Assembly (NCBI GenBank): GCA_963834385.1
Contig: CAWIBO010000003.1
Span: 32,001 to 96,000, forward strand
Length of the DNA stretch: 64,000 nt
Direction: 5' to 3'
Source: an uncultured Verrucomicrobiae bacterium
Lineage (GTDB): Bacteria > Verrucomicrobiota > Verrucomicrobiia > Chthoniobacterales > UBA10450
Position numbers and translations under genes: made by a program. The notes below the pieces were generated by a model. That model was not told where the DNA came from and made no database searches. It worked only from the letters and a program-made list of their open reading frames with translations. How positions within the stretch are numbered: position 1 is the stretch's first letter; each line of letters begins with the position of its first letter. This document shows, one piece after another, positions 59,486 to 64,000 of the stretch.

Positions 59486-59546
59486 GGGAAGGCAAACTAC
59501 CGGCAAACGCTTGTCCGGCAACCTTTCGGGCCTAAGCTCGCGCGGA

Positions 59547-60414
59547 ATGCACCGGTTCGGACTTGTGGCCTGCGCCCGCTGGGAAAGCGCTCATGTGGCG
59601 GAGTGGCTCGGCTACCACCGGTCGATCGGTTTCGACCACGTCTATCTCTATTGCAATGACGATGACCCGCGGGAAATGGCGGAGGCGGTCCGGCCTTTTG
59701 GCGATGTTCTGACCTTCCGGCACTGGCGCGGCCAGGGCGAGCAGGTGCTGATGTATCACGATTTCCTGCGGCGCGACCGGGCGGAATGCGAATGGATCAT
59801 GTTCCTCGATCTTGATGAGTTTCTTTGTCTGCGCGGCCTGGATGATCTGCCCGCCTTCGTCGACTCGTTCGAGGAGCGGGCCGACGCGCTCTTCTTCAAC
59901 TGGCTGAACTTTGGACCCGGCGCCTTCCGGGAACGCCCGCCGGGAAGTGTCCTCGAGCAGTACACCCGGCGAACCCGCTGGGTTCATCCGTTCACCAAGG
60001 TGCTTCTCCGGAGCCGCGCGGTACCCGAGGCGGAGGCGGGGTTGCGTCGCGGTTTCTGGCATCATTGGGGGGCGGCGGCAGGCCGCAAAATCAACGTGCT
60101 CGGCGACGAGATGTCGCATTACTACGACGATTTCCCGCAGGCGGCGGAGGCGTATCTGGGCCGGCCGGGGGTGCACGAGCGGATCATCGCCACCGCGCAG
60201 GTCTGCCATTTCTTCATGAAGGCCGAGAGCGATGTTCATCGCCGGGTGGCGCGTGGGCTGCGGGGGGATTACGACGACCAGGGGATGTGGCGGGACGAGT
60301 TTGAGAAGGGGAACCTGGGCCGTGTTTTCGCAGAGATGAACGCGGTGGAGGATTTGTTATCTGCGCGATTACTGGCGGCGGCAAAAGAGCGCCGCGGGCC
60401 ATCTTCGCGGTTGA
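59547..60414 (+). CDS. Glycosyltransferase (GT2-like/GT92 type; probable extra T near 60357)
   Basis: EWLGYHRSIGFDHVYLYCN, WIMFLDLDEFL; removing one T gives EDLYLRDYWRRQK...stop at 60414. Confidence 0.78.
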
Positions 60415-60447
60415 CGGGGCGGGCCGGCTGCGCTGGGTGACGGAAGC

Positions 60448-61203
60448 ATGAACGATCCATTGAACTTCGAGGGGAAAACAGTGCTGGTGACCGGGAGTTC
60501 GCGCGGCCTGGGGGCGGCCATGATCCGGGCTTTCGGGGAACGCGGGGCGCGGGGGGTGGTGAATTACATCAGCGACCCGGAAGGGAAGAACAAGGCGGAG
60601 GCGGAAACGGTGGCGCAGGACCTGCGCAATCCGCTCCTGCTCGAGTGCGATGTGACCCAGCCGGAGAAGGTGGAGGCGATGATGCAGCAGATCGCCGAGG
60701 CGTGCGGCGGCCTTGATATTCTGGTGAACAATTCCGGGATCATCCGCGATCGGACGATGAAGAAGATGACCCTGGAGGAATTCGAGAGCGTGGTGCGGGT
60801 CAATCTCGCCGGCACCTTCAACGTGACCAGGGCGGCGGCGGGGATCCTGCGGCAGGGCGGGCGCGTGATCAACCTCTCCTCCGTGAGCGGGCAGATGGGA
60901 CTCTTCGGCCAGGCCAACTATTCCTCAAGCAAGGCGGCGATTATCGCGCTGACGAAAGTCTCGGCGCGCGAGCTGGCGCGGCAGGGGATCACGGTGAATG
61001 CGATTGCGCCCGGGTTTATTGATGTGGGCATGAGCAAGGGCATGCCTGATGAGGTGACGGAAAACTTCAAGAAACAGATCCCGCTGGGCCGGCTCGGTGA
61101 AGCCTCAGAGATCGTGGACGCCGCTCTTTTTCTCGCCTCACCGATGGCCAGCTACATCACCGGCCATGTCTTGAACGTGAACGGCGGCTTTTACATGGGC
61201 TAA
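60448..61203 (+). CDS. SDR oxidoreductase, 3-oxoacyl-ACP/CoA reductase-like
   Basis: TGSSRGLG, NNSG, GQANYSSSK, NAIAPGFI. Confidence 0.9.
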   Translation: MNDPLNFEGKTVLVTGSSRGLGAAMIRAFGERGARGVVNYISDPEGKNKAEAETVAQDLRNPLLLECDVTQPEKVEAMMQQIAEACGGLDILVNNSGIIRDRTMKKMTLEEFESVVRVNLAGTFNVTRAAAGILRQGGRVINLSSVSGQMGLFGQANYSSSKAAIIALTKVSARELARQGITVNAIAPGFIDVGMSKGMPDEVTENFKKQIPLGRLGEASEIVDAALFLASPMASYITGHVLNVNGGFYMG

Positions 61204-61245
61204 AGGCCCGCCCCCGCTTCTCGCGCGGGGAAGAAGCAGAAAGGC

Positions 61246-62151
61246 TCAGGGCGGATCGTTCGGATTCTTTTGCTTTTTCTTTCCGCGCGGCGAGGGGCCC
61301 GTCGCGGCACCGCTCTGCCCTGGCGCGTTCTGGTTGGGTTGCCCCGAAGCCGCCCCGGGACGCGGCCGGCCGGGGACAACCGGCCCCGGCCCGCCGCCAA
61401 CCGACCCGAACCCACCAAAAGTCGGAGTAAACCCGCCGGCCGTGCCGCCCACGGGACGTCCCTGATAAACCGGCCCCCCGGCAGCGCCGCCGCTTTGCTC
61501 ATCAATTGTCTGGGCAATGAGATCCTGGCTGGGCAGGGGCGCGAAGCCGACAATCAGCGGATGGGTGCGCATCACCTTTGCCACATCGATCTTTTGCACG
61601 GCAGGAAGGCGGGTGGCACCCGCGGGAACGTCCAGCATCTCGCCGCCTCGGACGGTGGCCGACTGGCGGGGATTCTTGCGCAGGGTCAGTTTGGACGTGC
61701 CCTCGAGCATCAGGAGCCGGCTGCGGCCGTTCCGCGGGCTTTCCAGGATAAGCGTGGTGCCGGTGACCCCGACGGTGACCGCGGGGGTGCGAATACTGGC
61801 GCCGCCGACGCCTTTCGGCACACGCAGGAGCATGGCCCCGCCGCCGAGGTCGGTGATGCGTCCGGCGGATTTGAAACTGAAGATCGAGTTCTCGCCCAGG
61901 CGGGTGATCGTGAAATCGGGGAAGGTCAGCTCCGACTTGGAGCGCGAACCGGTGCGCAGGGCGTTGGCTTCCGTGACCTGGTCGTTGACCGTGGCCGCCC
62001 GGCGGGAGGCGTCGCCTTCGAGGAGGTTGACCTCGCGGATGACGCGGGTGACGCGCGCTTCCTTTTTCGAGGCGGCGCTGTTCTCCCCGTGGGGGAGGAC
62101 AACGGCGGCCAGGACGAGGCCGGACGCCAGCAGGCGGGGCGCGCGTTTCAC
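61246..62151 (-). CDS. FecR-domain secreted protein
   Basis: Signal peptide; LRTGSRSKSELTFPDFTITRLGENS, IRTPAVTVGVTGT, MLEG. Confidence 0.82.
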   Translation of the reverse strand: MKRAPRLLASGLVLAAVVLPHGENSAASKKEARVTRVIREVNLLEGDASRRAATVNDQVTEANALRTGSRSKSELTFPDFTITRLGENSIFSFKSAGRITDLGGGAMLLRVPKGVGGASIRTPAVTVGVTGTTLILESPRNGRSRLLMLEGTSKLTLRKNPRQSATVRGGEMLDVPAGATRLPAVQKIDVAKVMRTHPLIVGFAPLPSQDLIAQTIDEQSGGAAGGPVYQGRPVGGTAGGFTPTFGGFGSVGGGPGPVVPGRPRPGAASGQPNQNAPGQSGAATGPSPRGKKKQKNPNDPP

Positions 62152-62195
62152 GGCGCGAGATTCTCAAATCGAAAGGCCGGCGTCGAGCCGGAAAT

Positions 62196-62663
62196 TCAGG
62201 CCTTGCGCCGGGGTGGCGGCACCGCGAGCGCGCGGTAGGCGATCGAGAAAAAGAGGCAGAACATGAAATGCGCCAGGAAAGTGTGCAGCTCGTTTCCCCC
62301 GAGGCCGGCGCCCATCGCGAAGATGAGATAGTTCACTCCGTAAAGGGGAAGGGTCAGGGCTGTGCCGAGCAGGATGCCGCCGCTGGTCGGCAGGCGATAA
62401 ATGGCGAGGGCAATGATCCAGGCGTAAACGAACGCGACCATGAAATGGCCGATCAGGTCGACCACCATGTTTTTGGTCAGGACCCGGCCCATGACGTTGG
62501 TGAAGGCTTCCGTCGACATCCAGGGACCACCGGTGGGGACTACGAAGACGAGGACGGCGGCAATGGCGGCGGCGCGGAGGAGGGCCCCCACCCGCAGGCG
62601 GCGGCGCGCCCGGGCTTCCTGTTCCTCGAACGACTCGAGCTTGGCGGGATCTTCCAGCTTCAC
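62196..62663 (-). CDS. Hypothetical membrane protein
   Basis: Four TM helices; fills the gap between co-oriented genes. Confidence 0.7.
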   Translation of the reverse strand: MKLEDPAKLESFEEQEARARRRLRVGALLRAAAIAAVLVFVVPTGGPWMSTEAFTNVMGRVLTKNMVVDLIGHFMVAFVYAWIIALAIYRLPTSGGILLGTALTLPLYGVNYLIFAMGAGLGGNELHTFLAHFMFCLFFSIAYRALAVPPPRRKA

Positions 62664-62749
62664 ACGGGAGATTTCGCAGCCGCGCTTCCCGGCGGTCGGC
62701 AGGAAATCGCGCCGGGATTGGAAGATTGCGGGGGCGAACCGGCCGCGCG

Positions 62750-63796
62750 CTATTTCAGCGAGGCCATGTCGATGACAAAGCGATATTTCACGTCGCTCTT
62801 GATCATGCGCTCGTAGGCCTCATTGACCTTGTCGATCGGGATCATCTCAATCTCGCTGGTGATCCCCTTCTCGGCGCAGAAATCGAGCATCTCCTGCGTC
62901 TCCGGGATGCCGCCGATGAGCGATCCGGAGAGGGTGCGCCGGCGCCAGATGAGCGGAAAGGCGGCCACCGGGATCGGCTCGGGCGGAACGCCCACCAGGG
63001 TGAGCTTTCCATCCCGCTTCAGGAGCTCGAGGTAAAGGTTGATGTCGTGTTTGGCCGAGACGGTATCGATGATGAAATCGAAGGTGCCGTTGTGCTTTTT
63101 CACCGCTTCCTCGTCCTTGGAGACGACCACTTCATTGGCACCGAGTTTCTTGGCATCAGCGGTCTTACCCGGCGACGTGGTGAAGAGGACAACTTCCGCG
63201 CCGAAAGCGTGCGCGAACTTCAGGGCCATGTGGCCGAGACCGCCGAGACCCACCACGCCGACCTTTTGGCCGGCCTGCACTTTCCAGTGGCGCATGGGCG
63301 AATAGGTCGTGATCCCGGCGCAAAGGAGCGGCGCGGTCGCGGCGAGATCGAGCTTGTCGGAAATGCGCAGGACGAAATCCTGGTCCACTACGATCCGCTG
63401 CGAGTATCCGCCGAAGGTCGGTCCACTGCTGTGCTTGTCCTCGCTGTTGTAGGTGAACACGGTGCTGTCGCAAAATTGTTCGAGGCCCTCCTCGCAGGAG
63501 GGGCATTTCCGGCAGGAATCGACCATGCAGCCGACGCCGGCGAGATCGCCTTCCTTGAATCGTGTCACCTTGCCGCCCACTTTCGTGACGCGCCCGACGA
63601 TTTCGTGCCCGGGCACGCAGGGATACATGGTGCCGCCCCATTCGCCGCGCGCGGTGTGGATGTCGGAATGGCAGACCCCGCAGAAGAGGATCTCGATCTG
63701 GACGTCGTTCGGTTTCGGGTCGCGCCGCTCAAAGGAGAACGGCTGGAGCGGCGAAGTGGCGGACTGGGCGGCGTAGGATTTGGTCGTGGAGGGCAT
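62750..63796 (-). CDS. Zn-dependent NAD(P) alcohol dehydrogenase (YahK/cinnamyl-ADH type)
   Basis: CGVCHSD, PGHEIVG, CRKCPSC...C, GLGGLG, DVKYRFVID. Confidence 0.94.
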   Translation of the reverse strand: MPSTTKSYAAQSATSPLQPFSFERRDPKPNDVQIEILFCGVCHSDIHTARGEWGGTMYPCVPGHEIVGRVTKVGGKVTRFKEGDLAGVGCMVDSCRKCPSCEEGLEQFCDSTVFTYNSEDKHSSGPTFGGYSQRIVVDQDFVLRISDKLDLAATAPLLCAGITTYSPMRHWKVQAGQKVGVVGLGGLGHMALKFAHAFGAEVVLFTTSPGKTADAKKLGANEVVVSKDEEAVKKHNGTFDFIIDTVSAKHDINLYLELLKRDGKLTLVGVPPEPIPVAAFPLIWRRRTLSGSLIGGIPETQEMLDFCAEKGITSEIEMIPIDKVNEAYERMIKSDVKYRFVIDMASLK

Positions 63797-63873
63797 AAGG
63801 AGTGTTCGGTTTCGCTTTCCAAGCGGACGCGTCTGCCAGTTACCACCATCTCGCGCAGCGCGCGAATTCCGTC

Positions 63874-64000
63874 TCAGGGCGAAGGCGCATGGAGGCGGCC
63901 CTCGAGATGGGTCAGCGCGCGTCCGCCCACGGCGATCCGCGCACCGCGGTCCTCGCAGAAGAGTTCGCCGCCCCGGGCGGAGAGCTGTCGGGCACGCAGG
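63874..64000 (-). CDS. PhzF family protein, C-terminal fragment (runs off the window end)
   Basis: Hand translation LRARQLSARGGELFCEDRGARIAVGGRALTHLEGRLHAPSP*. Confidence 0.75.
   Translation of the reverse strand, partial: LRARQLSARGGELFCEDRGARIAVGGRALTHLEGRLHAPSP

Noticed and set aside
59486..59546. Cobalamin riboswitch upstream of the B12-dependent mutase genes
   Set aside because: Only about 60 nt of divergent intergenic space and no B12-box

Overview
GC-rich bacterial chromosome segment, probably Verrucomicrobiota (Chthoniobacterales-like; inferred from gene content such as a PVC-restricted Minf_1886-type gene). Bases 1-37.7 kb are mostly housekeeping: rplT-pheS-pheT, a 6S RNA, carA, mlaEFD, topoisomerase IB, M16 protease, aroF-mfd-surA-pdxA, dksA-rpmG-rpsR, sppA-thiL-tsaE-tsaB-alr and tRNA-Arg(UCU). 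Bases 37.8-64 kb carry short/branched-chain acyl-CoA catabolism (prpDBC, fused SCOT, atoE, acyl-CoA dehydrogenase, a split IcmF, SDR) and hflX-tgt, and their intergenic regions are crowded with GTAG-type REPs, a RAYT transposase and 7/8/9-bp periodic repeats. Several genes (pheT, carA, mfd, alr, tgt) carry single-base frameshifts, mostly insertions, that look like long-read errors. Best candidates for new biology: (1) a preQ1-type Tgt apparently fused to an MnmD-like aminomethyl N-methyltransferase, suggesting a methylated preQ1 tRNA wobble base; (2) a four-helix-bundle gene bracketed by inverted heptamer arrays, with orphan arrays nearby; (3) a two-state RNA switch upstream of rplT in a locus lacking infC-rpmI; (4) a naturally split IcmF. 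No CRISPR array, rRNA or prophage was seen. All family calls come from motif recognition; no database searches were run.
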